From assembly GCF_009914755.1 (NCBI RefSeq), contig NC_060929.1: a stretch of 64,000 nt of DNA. One strand, written 5' to 3'. A program made the translations under genes and the position numbers. This document shows positions 1 through 13,013 of this stretch, piece by piece. A model generated the notes under the pieces. That model worked only from the letters and a program-made list of their open reading frames with translations. It did no database searches and had not been told where the DNA came from. This DNA comes from the human T2T-CHM13v2.0 reference genome, Homo sapiens. The first letter of the stretch is position 1, and each line of letters starts with the position of its first letter.

Positions 1-247
1 GCGGTGGCACCATCTCGGCTCACTGCAACCTCTGTCTCCCAGGTTCAAGTGATCTTCTTGCCTCAGCCTCCCAAGTAGCTGGGACTACAGGTACATGCCA
101 CCACGCCCCGCTAATTTTTGTGTTTTTAGTAGAGACGGGGTTTCACCACCTTGACCAGGTTGCTCTCGAACTCCTGGCCTCAACTGATACGCCCGCCTCA
201 GCCTCCCAAAGTGCTGGGATTACAGGCATGAGCCACCACACCTGGCC
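1..247 (-). mobile_element. Alu SINE (AluS-like), cut by window edge
   Basis: Reverse-complement Alu: ...ctcactgcaacctc...gtagagacggggtttcacc...cccaaagtgctgggattacaggcatgagccaccacacctggcc. Confidence 0.95.
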
Positions 248-1086
248 TAGATCCTATTTATTCTTAATTTAGGTTTAGCCCTCGTAAGTGTGATTATTCA
301 CTGCCCCAGACCAAAGCAAAGGAGAATTATTTTGCTTAACTGTGGCTTGTTTGCTGTTTGACTCTCCCGCCAGCAGGTATGCTCCATGCGAGTAGGCCCT
401 CTGTACTGTGGTCTCCATCTAATTGTCTTTTCTGTATATAGAAGCAAGCCCTGCCACACAGTGAATGCTCACAACGTACTCCCTGAATAAAAGGCTGAGG
501 GTGGGAAATGGTTCCTAGAGACAAACACAAGATAGTCACAAGTAAAAACCTGACATTTAGGGAAGAATTAGAAAAGTTGTAAAGGCTCAATAAATCTAAG
601 GCCCTGAGACCATTTACTTAGGAATTTTCCCAGTGCAGCTCATAACTCAACAGGCCCTGATGTCATTGTTTATCTGTAGCACAATAAAATTATTCATGCT
701 CACGGTGAGGACTCTGAGTCACCAAAAAGAAGATAAAATATGTTTAGTCACTAGATGTAAAAATGGCAAGAAATACAAAATCACATCTTTAAAATCATTT
801 CATCTAAAGTGGTCAAGATGAATATTTTGGACCTGAAGTCTTAGGATAATCCTAGAACACATACATGGAAAATCTCATCACCCATCGATGCTATCTGCAC
901 AAATGAGGCAAAACTGCATTATTCTTCACAAATGATTACTGTCTGCAATCTACAGTCAGTTTCATTTTGTGATGAGTATATGCTTCTAATTACCTATAAT
1001 ATTCATCTGAACATTACCAGAATTTTTTTCTGGAAGAATTACAGACTCTTGTTACATGCTAACTAGGACATTTTCCTGCCGTACAG

Positions 1087-1160
1087 AGTTACCTCTGCAA
1101 ACAGAATGCTGAAAGTATCTGCCAGATAGTAAACAAACGTGAAACACCACATGAGGACAG
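1087..1160 (+). other. Candidate 74-nt internal exon (unknown transcript)
   Basis: Branch-like gctaac (1058-1063), pyrimidine tract ttttcctgccgtacAG acceptor, donor CAG|GTAAGC after 1160. Confidence 0.3.
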
Positions 1161-2119
1161 GTAAGCAAAGGAATGAAAGCCACGTGTGTGATTATCTTCT
1201 GGAAATCCTGTTGGCAGTGGACTGATTCTCAGAACCCTCTGGAGCAGAGGCTGTGTTCACGTAGATGCTCCCAGCATGGGAGCAATACCATGTATGCTGT
1301 ACCTATCATAGGTGTTCAATAAGCATGTTTTTGAGAAAAGAGCATATATATTTCTTTCCCATTTCCCTTGGAAGGGTGAAGATTATAGTTGGAGTCTCAG
1401 ACAGCTCCAGTCTTGTGAGCCTTATTGTATTTAAGGGATCAGAGTGGGTATTTAAAGGAGGTTATCTCTGAAGAAACTACTTAAAACTTTACCGGACATT
1501 ATGGAAAGGTGTGTGATGAGTTTTGGAAGATTGTCTAAACTCCCAGGGTAGCACACAACTGAAATATGTTGAGTCTTCTTGAAAGATAGCATTTGTTCAC
1601 TATGTTCTTTTCCTTCATTGCATTAATCACACACATGCACATACAACGCACACTTCCTTGTTTATTGGCTGTCATCTCTATTTGAACCTAAATTCCCTGG
1701 GGGCTGGGACCATGTCTTCTCCATGAATATGGGAGCTGTATACAGGCGCTGTGAGGTGAGATATGTATGGGTTTGAGGAGGAGTTGTTTATTTCTGTTGA
1801 TCTGACCTCATGACAGTATTTGTAAGATAATTTGTATGTTTTTGATTCAGTAACAGCAAAAGCCATGTTTGTATATTACAGGGCAATTACACGACATTGG
1901 GATGTATTTTGACCACATCCCTGCCAGGCTGGCTTTTAGGTGCAAGCACCATCTAAAAACATGCATAATGTGCAGTTTAGAATGACTAGTTCTCTAGCCA
2001 AAAAGACTCACTTAAATCAAAAATAGAATCTAGAAAAGAAGTACAATTAAGGGGAAAAGATCTTTCAACTCCCAATAAAAGAGGCCCACTGAACCATGAG
2101 CTATAATCATAATGAAAGG

Positions 2120-2430
2120 TAATGATAATCTCCAGTAAAATTTTACAGAGGATTTCTGTGCTATCACCACACTAAAGCACATTCATGGAGCAGCTCATCT
2201 AACCTTTACAACCCCATGTGGAAGGTCCTATTCAGTCTTGACTTACAGTTGAGGAAACTGGAAGACCAGGAGATTAGCTAGGAGGCTCCTACAAGGGAGG
2301 TGACAGATGATGGTGGCTGGAAGAGGGGCTAGCAGATAGGGCGGTGAGGCTTAGAGAGGTCAGTGACTTGTCTAAAGTTAAAGGACAGGTGAGTGGTGGA
2401 GGCAGAGACTGCTCTGACCATACTCCCCAT
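2120..2430 (-). mobile_element. MIR SINE fragments
   Basis: ttacagttgaggaaactg and gaggcttagagaggtcagtgacttgtctaaagtta match the reverse MIR core. Confidence 0.6.
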
Positions 2431-2574
2431 GCCGGGCCCAGGCTGGGCACATGGTGGGGCTCAATGGTTAGTATATCAAATGGGTCCATTTTCTCCAAGC
2501 ATATTCCTACTCACCAAAGCTAATTAAAGTGAAATATGGGAATGCAGGCACTTAGCAGGGCAAAGAAAGTCTTT

Positions 2575-2635
2575 CGAGACTCCGTCTCAAAAAAAAATAA
2601 AAAATTAAAAATTAAAAAATTTAAAAAAATTTTAA
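2575..2635 (+). mobile_element. Extremely 5'-truncated Alu (last 14 nt plus A-tail) with TSD
   Basis: cgagactccgtctc plus A-rich tail, flanked by aaagtcttt at 2566-2574 and 2636-2644. Confidence 0.85.
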
Positions 2636-3259
2636 AAAGTCTTTTCAATTCTTCTTGTAACAGCTGGGCCAAAATGTCAGTTTCTATGCTCATAAGAATA
2701 TGGTTCTTTGAATATTAAAATACCACCAGATGCACAGACGTGTCTTTATGGCTACTCAGAGAATAGAAGTTTGATAAGACAGAGTCACCACACCCAGGAG
2801 GAGAAAAAAAGTCTGAAACTCTAAACTTTTGTGAAATTGGCTAAAAGCCAAATGTCAGCATTTTCACCTCTTTTCCCATATGGCAGGAGGCATTTCACAC
2901 CACTTTCCATCATTTCAATAAATCTAGTAAATGATATGAGTACTCTGCATGCCAAGAGACATATAATATGTGTATCAAAATAGATGTCTAGGTCAGTTTG
3001 TGACAAGAACCAGATTTCAGCAACTGCAGAGAACAGATCTGGCCTGGCTTCGGTTCAGTGAATGAATGGGTGAGCGCTATCCAGGATCACTTTCTGCTTA
3101 TTTTCTTTTCCTTTAGTTTTTAAATAATACTTCTCCTACGTTCACTTCTTCTCTAAAAAGCCTTGACCATCTCAATAGTTTCTTTTTATTGGCATCCCCA
3201 TCACCACCTAAAGCCTTATGGGGCAAGTTCCAGCTGAGGATACAGGGCATTAGAACCAG

Positions 3260-4270
3260 GAATTCATTCATCCATTCAATATTTAGTGAGCTCCAGCTAT
3301 ATGCTCAGAGTTGTCTTAGGCACTGGGGATACTGTAGTGAACAAAAGTCCCTGTTCATAGGCCAGGTGCAGTGGCTCACACTTGTAATCACAGTACTTTG
3401 GGAGGCCAAGGCAGGAGGATGGCTTGAGGCCAGGAGTTCAAGACCAGCCTGGGCCACACAGTGAGACCCACATCTCTACAAAAAGTTTAAGAATTATGCA
3501 GGCATGGTGGCATCCACCTGTAGTCCCAATGACTCAGGAGGCTGAAGCAAAGAGTTCAAGCCTGCAGTGAGCTATGGTTACACCACAGCACTCCAGCCTG
3601 GGGTACACAGTGAGACCTGTCTCAAAAAAAAAAAAAAAGAAGAAGAAAATAAAATCCCTGCTCACATAATAAAAATGCTGACAACAATCAAATGAACAAA
3701 TTTCAACTGGATGCATGTCAGGTAGTGATCAATAATATAACAACTAAAGCAGGGCAGGACAGACAGCGATTGGGGTGTGAAAGGCCTCAGTGACAAGATG
3801 GCATTGCATCATGAGACTATGAGGAAAGAAGGGAGCACACTGTGAGAGAAGATTCAGTGTTCTCCCTAGAGAGCATGGCAAGTGCAAAGACCCTGGGGTC
3901 CAGGCTTGTTTTTGTTCAAAGACTAGCAAGGAAGCCATTGAGGTAAGAACAGAGTGCAAGATGAGAGGGTAGTGGGAGGTAAGCTCTGAGAGTTAGCTGG
4001 GCTGTGTGGGCCCTGATAAAGACTTTGGATTTCATTCTGAGTGAGATGGGAAGCTATTAGATTGTTGAACGGAAGAGTGAAATGGCTTGACATATTTTCA
4101 AAGTTTATTCTAGCTCCTTGTTGGAGACTTGACTGAGGGCAGCCAGGGTGGAGGCAGAAAGGCTTCTGCAAAGTCCCCCTAACAATGACAGAAACTGGGC
4201 TGTTTTGAACACAAGGACTACATAGTTGCTGATGGATGAGAGATTGAATGTGAGAAAAGTTAAGATAATT
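3260..4270 (-). mobile_element. L2 LINE 3' portion, interrupted by AluJ
   Basis: ttcattcatccattcaatatttagtgag 3' end; later gactttggatttcattctgagtgagatgggaagc. Confidence 0.8.
3360..3650 (+). mobile_element. AluJ (Jo/Jr-like) with small right-arm deletion
   Basis: ggccaggtgcagtggctcac...gaggatggcttgaggccaggagttcaagaccagcctggg...A tail; degenerate TSD aaaagtccctgttcata / aaaatccctgctcacata. Confidence 0.92.
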
Positions 4271-7200
4271 TCACATTTTGGGGGGAACTTTGGTTATAAA
4301 CTTGGAAAAAAATATATTGTCTATGACAAAAAGATATGCACCCTCCAGCTGAAGACTCTTTTTGTGTCATATTTTGTGCAAACATATTTCAATACACTAA
4401 TAGGATGAATGAATCCCAGAGCATGACGTAACAAGGCTCTCTCATCAGGTTGTTCTAGAACTTTCCTAGGAGACATGTCCCTTTCAAGTTTCCATCAAGT
4501 AATTATTAAAAATAAAAATGGGTGGCTCTTTCCTGGAGCCATTTTAAAGGAGTGACTCTGCCTTGAATGGCCCTGTTGTAACACTGTTCCTATAGAAAAG
4601 TCAGGGAAGGAAAAGTAAATTTTCAAAGAAATTTGCAAAATTGCCAGTTTGAGTGTCAATCAGGCAAGCTAAGCATTACAGAGAAGCTGCTTTTGTTTCT
4701 CTAGAAAATAGCACTATTTTTTGATGTGCAAAAAGGAGCAGAAGGAAGAAGAGGTGAAGACCTTTGCCAGTGCTTGTCTATGCCTTAAGTGAGTCTGCAG
4801 CTTTGAGGCTTGTTCATTTTAACTCAAGTAACCTTGAGCTCCTTAAAGGTGGGGACTGTATCATCATTATTCAGAGCAAACAGTTGTTCTAGGTGGCCTT
4901 GATTTTCCCGGTGGGTGACTGCATACACCCCTCCACACCCTTCTCCTCTAGGTGGTTACCACATGTTTTTAGTGCAGATCTAGACACCAGGAATATAGAG
5001 AGAAGAAAGAAGTGCCTGGCAACCACCGAACCTTCCCTCACTCCAGCTGACCCCTGCTGCTGAGGATCAGGGATGAGAAGGTCCCTTGCCCTGCAGTTTC
5101 TCACTGTCCATACCTTCCAAAGATGACTGTGAATAGAACCTGAGAAACAGGTTCCAGAGGTCCCAGGGGCTGGACTTTGCTGCCTCCCCAAGTGAACAGA
5201 AAAACAAAGGTAAGGTTGCAGAGGCTGTCCCCAAGAGAGCTTAGTATTTTGGCCACAAGCCCCTTTCCCCTGATCCATTTTGTGCTTTGTCTTAGGAAGT
5301 GCAGACATGGATTGGGAAATGACGGAGCTTCAAAATGTCATGGGACACCCTTGGGAGATGAAGCTGGATATGGGAACAGTGGCTCTCTGGGATGTGCCAT
5401 GTGCTGCTGACAGGGAATCAGGGTTGGTTCCACAGTCATGTTCTGGAACCATGTTTGACCACAGTGACTTGAGAAAGAGATGATGGTGGTTGAGTAGTTG
5501 GAGGTGGCTGAAGAGAGGATGACCAGAGCCAGCTGACAAAGGACCTCTGACAGTGTGACTGTCCTGGAGAACCTTTCAAGGCTACCTGTATCTCAGAGAC
5601 CCTTGTCTTTACCCAAACAGGCACTAAGGAGATTCAAGAAAGTTTCATAACCCTTTGCCCAACATCTGAGTGAAAAAGCTCTAAGGATACCTAATCTCCC
5701 AGGTTCTATGCCTGATGTCTCCCTTCTGGATAACTTCCAAGTCTTTTTGTCTTCTGAGGTCACACCCTTAATGTTCAAATAAAATGGCTTTATCTTTCCC
5801 CGTCTAACATACTACGGCAGCCCAGACTACCCCACAGCCCCTTCCTTCTTTGTGCCAGTATTCTTTCTATTAACAGAAGGGGATTGGTGTCCTGCTTAGC
5901 CCCAAGATGGTTCACACCATGACCTGGTTCTCTGCTGTCTCCCGGATCTCAGGCACCATTTTCAGTTCCTGCAGCTGCTGCCTCAATTTGGTACCACTTT
6001 TGCCAACTGTGGACACTCCTCTTCCTTCCTCCCTGACAAGACCCCACTAAACATTAAATAAAGTATTATGAAAAGCAGACACATACTAAAGTTGTAGAGG
6101 GTCAGGGGGTAACAAAGAGAATTATAAAGCAGAAAAATTCAAGATGGAGAAAAGAGTCACACAAGGGCTTCCCTGTGAACCATGCCATGTTTTAGCTTGT
6201 CCTAAAGCCCTTTTCCTCCAAGAAACTTCTTTCTCTGTTTTGCTTTGTCACCTTCCCAGACCCCTCAGCTCACTCACTTAGGCTGCCACCTGAAAAAGCC
6301 GAGGTTCTGTTACTTTAGTGAGAAAAACAATTAAGCGCTCTCATTCAAGTTGGATCTAAGCTCTAGTCAAGGAGAGCTAGGCTGTTCATTACCCATAACC
6401 ACAAAGGCTCATTAAGCTGTGGTGGACCTGGAGTGTCAGTGCTTGTCTTGCCAGACTCACAGTGTGAGCTCTTAACCACTGCCGCATACTGCTTTCTTTC
6501 CTTCCCCGCACTTTCCAGGCTCAGCAGGAAAATGGCAAGACAACAAAGGAATGTTAGGGGAGGAAATTCCCTCTTTCCCCATCTCTCTCCATAAGGCAGA
6601 AGTCGCCAGTGAGAACTAGCATTTCGACCAAGGAAACATACTTAAGCCTATACACACTCGTTAGGTCACTGTCTGGGTCTTTATTTGCCCTGACTCCAGC
6701 CATCGTCAAACTGAGGGTTCAGACTAGGTCTACTTCTGGACTTTCTTGTGTGAACTATTCAGAGCCCAGACATCTCCAGCTGAGCCTTTAAAGTTGTAGC
6801 ATTGGCAGCCACCGGCACCGGTCACATTAATCCCGCCACTTTGTCCCATGAACTCTACTCTAAGAGGCGTATAGATATTTACCATGCACAGACTGAGCAA
6901 ATGTTTACAGTGAACTTTTACACAGAACCCAGAGAAGCTCCCTAATCCATAGAAGTCTTCCAGCAGAAGCAAGCCCACAGAATTCAATGTATGCCCAGGC
7001 TGTAGCCTGCACGCTGAATGGCTCCTTTCAAAGGCCATGAGGCCTGGCTGCGGCAGGTAAGTGTCCACGTTTGTGGTCTTTGAGAGGTTTTCACAGTGAG
7101 GACCTTCGTTCAGACAAAGTACAATAATCTTTCATGATTCCCATAAATCAGGAAACTGAATATGTCAACGAGGGTTAGGTCGCTCTGGGGGCTCCCATCT

Positions 7201-7999
7201 GAAGCTTAAGAAACAGGAAAAAAAAGGCATGTTTGAGGCAGTAATAGAACTGGGAGGGGAGGAATGTTATGAATTTTGTTCTGAAAAATTCAGCTCAACA
7301 GTTCGAATAGGGCCAATATTCAGGCTACAATATTTGGCTGGATCTGTTACATAATTCATCTTCTCACAAACAGACCCAAATGATCTGACCCAGAGCCAGT
7401 TTATTTTTATGGAGTTAAATTAGTTGCTATTTATAAACTGAAGAGGTTCAAAAAGGCTATTTAAGGAGGGCATCACTACTTTTTCCACCAGTATGTTTGC
7501 CTTTCGATCCTTCTGGTTTGCTTTGGTTTGATTGTGGTTTCTGGGTAAAAGGGTGGGCACTATTTGTAAGCTTGGTGAAAATAACTTCAGCCAAGTATGT
7601 AGATCACTTATCCTTGAAATGGGAATGATAGGTTGGGAAACTGTGCACTGGACAGGAATGTGTGAGTTGGAGGCCTGAGTCAGCTGTGCAAGTACAGCTA
7701 AATGGTACCTGGATGTAGTTTTCAGTTAGTAGCCAAAAAAGTGAAGAGAACTTCATTTCACAGCATGGCCTGGATCTCCTTTCCATATTTCTTTCCCCAG
7801 TGGTACTAGATCTAAAGAAAGAGATGCCAAAGGAATTACTTGACCAAACCTATGCTATCTCAGACAGATGCCAACGCTGCACAAAGACCCACTCCTTAGG
7901 CTCCCAGCCAACTTTTCCAAAATGACCCATCCTTCCCTACTCTTCTCTATTAAACTCCATCTTCAGCAAACCAATATTGGTGACCTGAGGGAAGTATGT

Positions 8000-8160
8000 C
8001 AGAAAATCATAAAGTGTTCAGCTGAAAAATTTTAGAGATCATTTGTTAAGGAACCTCCTTTTACACAATGGATGGCAAGAGAGGTAGGAAGCTCGTCTAA
8101 GGCCATATACAGAGTGTCAGTGTTAGGGCTAGAATTCAGCTCTCCAGATCAGTGGCCTTC
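8000..8160 (-). mobile_element. MIR3/MIR fragment
   Basis: ttagagatcatttg...ctaaggccatatacagagtgtcagtg...ggctagaattcag. Confidence 0.5.
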
Positions 8161-8497
8161 CTCACATCTACCCAAGAGGACACAGCAAAAGATGAGGCAT
8201 TGGTTTGAGAAGGTGGGAGCTGGAAGTGTCAGGCTTATCCCACCTTGCTGACATTAGACCCTCATCTTCCCATTCACCATTCCTGAGAAAGAAGGAAGCC
8301 CTGCCAAGATGATAACTTCCTCCTCCCCAAATCACCTATCCATCTTCAGTTAAAGACCAGTTTACAGATTTTTCTCTCCAGGATTCAGAGTTTTTGGAAC
8401 ATTTCTCCTTGCTCATGTCTCTTACAGTTTCTCTGCTCTCCTAGTTAGTGCCTAGTAACCAGAAATCACTTGTGTTTCTACCAAAATGGCTTATTTA

Positions 8498-8700
8498 ATC
8501 TGCTCCATTTCTGATCTGGGCAGGTTCGTTCACCCCTTTTTAGGCAACCTACTGGTCCTCTGCTCCCAGAAAGTCACCATATTGATGCCAAACTTAGTGT
8601 GGACATCCCATCAGCAGAGCTTTCTACAGCCCAGAACTCCAGGGCTCAAGTGATCCTCCCACCTTAGCCTCCCAAGTGGCTGGGACTAGAGGTGTGCCAC
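8498..8700 (-). pseudogene. 7SL (SRP RNA) retro-pseudogene, 3'-truncated at about nt 210
   Basis: Contains the non-Alu S domain in reverse: tgctccatttctgatctgggc...cacccctttttaggcaacct...gtcaccatattgatgccaaacttagtgtggacatccc...ctacagcccagaactcc. Confidence 0.93.
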
Positions 8701-8713
8701 AATGTCTTATTTA

Positions 8714-8846
8714 TTTTTAAAAAATTTTACTAGAGATGGAGTCTTGCTATGTTGCCTGGCTGGTTTTGAACTCTTGGCCCCAAGTGATCCTCCTACCTTG
8801 GCCTTCTGAGTAGCTGGGACTACAGGTGTGTGCCACCATACCTGGT
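8714..8846 (-). mobile_element. FLAM (FLAM_A-like) free Alu monomer
   Basis: tagagatggagtcttgctatgttgcc...gtagctgggactacaggtgtgtgccaccatacctggt; single arm with A-rich tail. Confidence 0.85.
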
Positions 8847-9254
8847 AGCAAAATACTTTATTTGTATCCAGATATTATCCCACCATCTAACAGGGTTCAT
8901 CCAAATACTTGTAAACCACAGCACTCATGGAAGGAAATATGAGACAACTGATAACAGAAGAAAATAGCAAGTGCCCCTGTCACCATCTTCTTCCTAGGCT
9001 CCTTCTTTAGCTGCCATTAACGTGCTCTCCAGGTGCCAGCTCTGATCCTGGATCCGCTCTCCTGCTCTCTGCTCAGAATCCTCACATCTTCCTGCTTCCA
9101 CCAGATAGGAATCCAAGAAGCTGCCTCATTTGTCCCCTCAGAAGTTGTACGTCAAGTTTACAAAATAGAAAATAGCCCCTGTATCTCCTATTATGCATTC
9201 CAAAATGCTGATTGCTACCAACAAATCTGTGAGCCCTGACTCGAACCAACTTTG

Positions 9255-9377
9255 TCAGAAAAAAAAGAATTTTAGTCCCAGATTTGCCACTAACTTTCTG
9301 TGTGACCTTCAGCAAATTACAACCTCCTTGAATTATAACTTTCTCATCGGTGCAATGGGGATGATGATAGTTTTTAC
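9255..9377 (+). mobile_element. MIR fragment
   Basis: tgtgaccttcagcaaattacaacctc...ttctcatcggtgcaatggggatgatgatag. Confidence 0.7.
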
Positions 9378-10068
9378 ACAGCAGCATTTATTGACCCCGG
9401 TCCCCTGGTTTCTAGACAATGGGAAACCCACAGGAACACAGTGACGTGCCTACCTTCAGGAAGCTCCACAGATCTAAGTACATAGTACGGCACCCCTTTC
9501 AGAAAAGTTGCCCATTCTTGCGCTAAACTAAGAGTCAGCACCTAAGAATTTTAGAATATTGTATCTTCGTGGTTTCACCTGATATATGTGAAAGCTGCTT
9601 ATAAGGTTAAAAAAGAAAAAATAATCTATTTTTTATTTTAAGCAAAGAGCAAATTCAGAATTATTTTTAAAACTTGCACTATTTTCCAAGTATAAATAAA
9701 GTAGGGCAAATGTAGCAAACTTTGAAACTCTAACCCTGGGGTTTGGGGTCGAAACATTTCTTGTATTAGATCATTGTACTTAAAAGAAGAATATTGATTA
9801 GTAGACAAGATTAGACTATCTCTAACAGTATTCTCCCTCAGACTCAGACAAAAGGAGAAAGAACTAATAAAGTTCTTGAAGCCTTAACTGTAGAGTTGAA
9901 GTTTCTATGCAGCAGGCATTTTCCTTGTGTTTGCTGAGTGCCTAACACTGTGCCAACTGTTGTAGGAAATAAGGAAAAAGGCTACACATGGCTTTACCCC
10001 AACTGAGCAAGAATCTTGATGGAAAGTGAAGACATACATACACAGGAAATTATGCAATTTGACATAGT

Positions 10069-10533
10069 GGTTTTATTAGGGTCCTCCAGAGAAACAGAAC
10101 CAATAGAAAATATGTAGATCTATACAAGGAGATCTATTACGGGAATTGGCTCACGTGATTACACAAGCAGAGAAAGTGTCATGATATACTGTCTATAAGC
10201 TAGAGAGCCAGGAAAGCTGCTAGTTTAAGTCCTGGAGTCCAAAGACCAAAGAACCAGGAACTCTGATGTCTGGGGGCAGTAAAGACAGATGCCCCAGCTC
10301 AAGAAGAGAGGAGAGAATTTTCCCTTCCTCTGCCTTTCTATTCTATTCAGGCCACCAGTGGATTAGAGGGTGCCTGTCCAAACTGGTGATGGCAGATCTT
10401 CTGTACTTAGTCTACTGATTCAAAAGCTAATCTCTTCCAGAAACACTCTCACAGACACACTCAGAAATATGTTTTACCAGTTATCTGGGCATCCCTTAGC
10501 CCAATGAAACTGACACATAAATCAACCATTGTA
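10069..10533 (-). mobile_element. MLT2 (MLT2B-like) ERVL solo LTR
   Basis: ttagggtcctccagagaaacagaaccaatag...ctaatctcttccagaaacactctcacagacacac...tgacacataaatcaaccat. Confidence 0.88.
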
Positions 10534-10724
10534 GCAGTACAGGAAGACCTAGGAGATAATGAGTGCTCTGGTTGCCAGCGAGGGCTTCAGCAATGGTGGT
10601 GGCCAGAGAAGACAACAATGGCTCAGAAGAGGAGCTAAGCCTCTAGGATGGTGAGCTATGGATATATGTGCTAAGAGAAGGGCCAGCTGCAGAGAAGAAG
10701 TCCTACAAACCGATGATGGCAGGT

Positions 10725-11214
10725 CCTATGAGGCCTGTACAACCTGGTGTCCTGCTGCCTCTGACCTCTTCCTCCTACTCTCCTGCTTGTTCACCACAGC
10801 ACAGCCACACTGGGCTTTATACTGTTTCTCTGCATGCCAGGCTCCTGCCACAGGGCCTCTGCACTTGCTGCACCTCTTCCTGAAAGATCATCCCCAGTAG
10901 CCTCATAGCATACTCCCTCCCTTCCTTCAGGTCCTCATTTGAATATCGTCATCTCAGCAAAGCCTTCCCTGTCCATTCCCACTTCCACCTTGGCTCTCCC
11001 TATCTGCCTTCTCTGCTTTCATTTTTTCCATAGCATTTATTGCCATTTGACGTAGTCTACATTTTAGCTGTTTTTTTATTGCCTGTCTTGTCCTTCCAGA
11101 ATGTACTCTCGAGAGTAGAGATTTGTGTCTGCTTTGTTCACTGCCATCCCTTGCTCCTAGAACACCGTGTGGCACATAGTAGTCTTTCAGTAAGTATTTG
11201 TGGAATGGGTGAGT
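10725..11214 (+). mobile_element. L2a 3' end
   Basis: cagggcctctgcacttgctg...gtggcacatagtagtctttcagtaagtatttgtggaatg. Confidence 0.85.
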
Positions 11215-13013
11215 GTTGCACTCTATGGGATTGGAAATAACCATCAGCCTTCTTCCCAAGTGTTTTCAACTCAGCATACTGATGGATTTTTTCCATAGCA
11301 ACAGAGCCCTGATTATCATAAAAGTCAACTGGAAAATATCATCTGCTTTACCAGCATTTGTTCTTTTTCCAAGCCTGCTAGGTGGTATCTGTTCTATAAA
11401 TCAAGAAATATATTTATTTGCGAAATTTCTGCAGAATGATCACTGAAAATATCACCAGACACATACAAGCCTGTTATTCTCAATGATTCTAAAAAGAATG
11501 TGTTTTTCCTTTGTACAAAGGCCTGTATTCCTAGGCAATTTGGCAAATAATGCACATTTGTAAGCCAACGTAGAAACTTCCACCCCTTGAAGAAAGTTCA
11601 ACAGCTTGGAATATCATGATCAAGTGTCCTGGGTTTCATGGAGTTCCTTGCAGACTAGGTCCTGCATTTTTATAGTGGATGCTTTTCCTCAAGGCAGTGA
11701 ATATTTCTCAGGGCTTCCCTAACGAGTACAGATAAGGCTCTATGTGGCTCCTATATCAGGATGAGCATATGTCCTAAAGTGTCAAAGGGTCAGAGGTGCA
11801 GGCACTGAGGAAGAGGTAGGCCAACTGCACTGGCTATGGAGGCACATGCCACCAGGACCAGGCTGTACTGGGGGAAAACCACCAGATAGTCACTGGAAAC
11901 ATGAGGGTTCCATGGGTCCTTGGTTTAAGAAAAATTCAGGAAATCAAAAGAAAAACAAAGAGATCCATTATATTAAATAGCATGGGTTTTGTTTCATAAT
12001 TTCTGAATCAAAAGTCCCATCAAGTTTCCTCTTCTCTTCCTTGAGTCCTGTTCCTTTTCCCTTCCTTGACCATCCGAAATCAGGAGAGACTCAAGGGCTA
12101 GAAGAGCTTCAATCCTCTCCCCTATGGAGTGAAGCAATTCTAGCACAAAGCACTGTATCCCCAGGAATTAATTATCTCCTAACTCTATTATAAATGTCTA
12201 TTCCAGGGAGTATTTTCAAAGGCAGTGCAAACCTTTCTGAGGGATTTATGTAAACCAGCTAGTGACCCAAGGTTTCTTGACAAAAACTCCTGTCCCCAGG
12301 AGGTAAGATGGCTCAGCTGGGCTCACAGAACTTTCCAATCTCATCTGCTTAGCAACAGCGGAGTCAAGGAAGCCTGAAGGGACTTTATCAGCCAAGGAGA
12401 GCTTTGGCGTCTTGTTTCTCTTTCTGGGCTCTGCCAAGAATGACATCACCTCACTGGATTATTAGCAAGCCCTATGAGCAACCTCTATCCCATCCATCAC
12501 ATCAAAGCTGCCCCACATATGTTCATGCTGGTCAGGGGAGCCAGTTTCTATCAGCTCTACGCCCTGGTTTAAACATTCCCAAGATGGTCAGGAATGGAAA
12601 AGTGAACTGAAAAAGTCACTGCTAGTATTACTTTTTAACCATGGAGGAAGATTCAGCAGGATACCATGATAACAGAGATATTATTATAGAGATTTGAATA
12701 TACCATGGGTCAAGTTGTTCTTCCCAAAACTAAAATAAACCAATATTTATAGTAAGCACATGGATTGGCATAGCCAACTGGCAGGTGAGAGCCACCAAGT
12801 TTGTAAAGAGTCAGATACTCCTTCTCTTGCCTTGGTCAAATGCCCCAGACTAACTGTGGTTAGAATACTCCAGAGAGTGTGGGAGTCACTGTATAGCTTT
12901 TCGTGGGGAGAAAATAGCAGAAATGGTTCACTGCTAGAAGGAATTTTCTATCCTGTCATGACATCCTGCACATTTATCTGGGCTGATCCGTGTTTACACC
13001 AAGATGGGCATTT

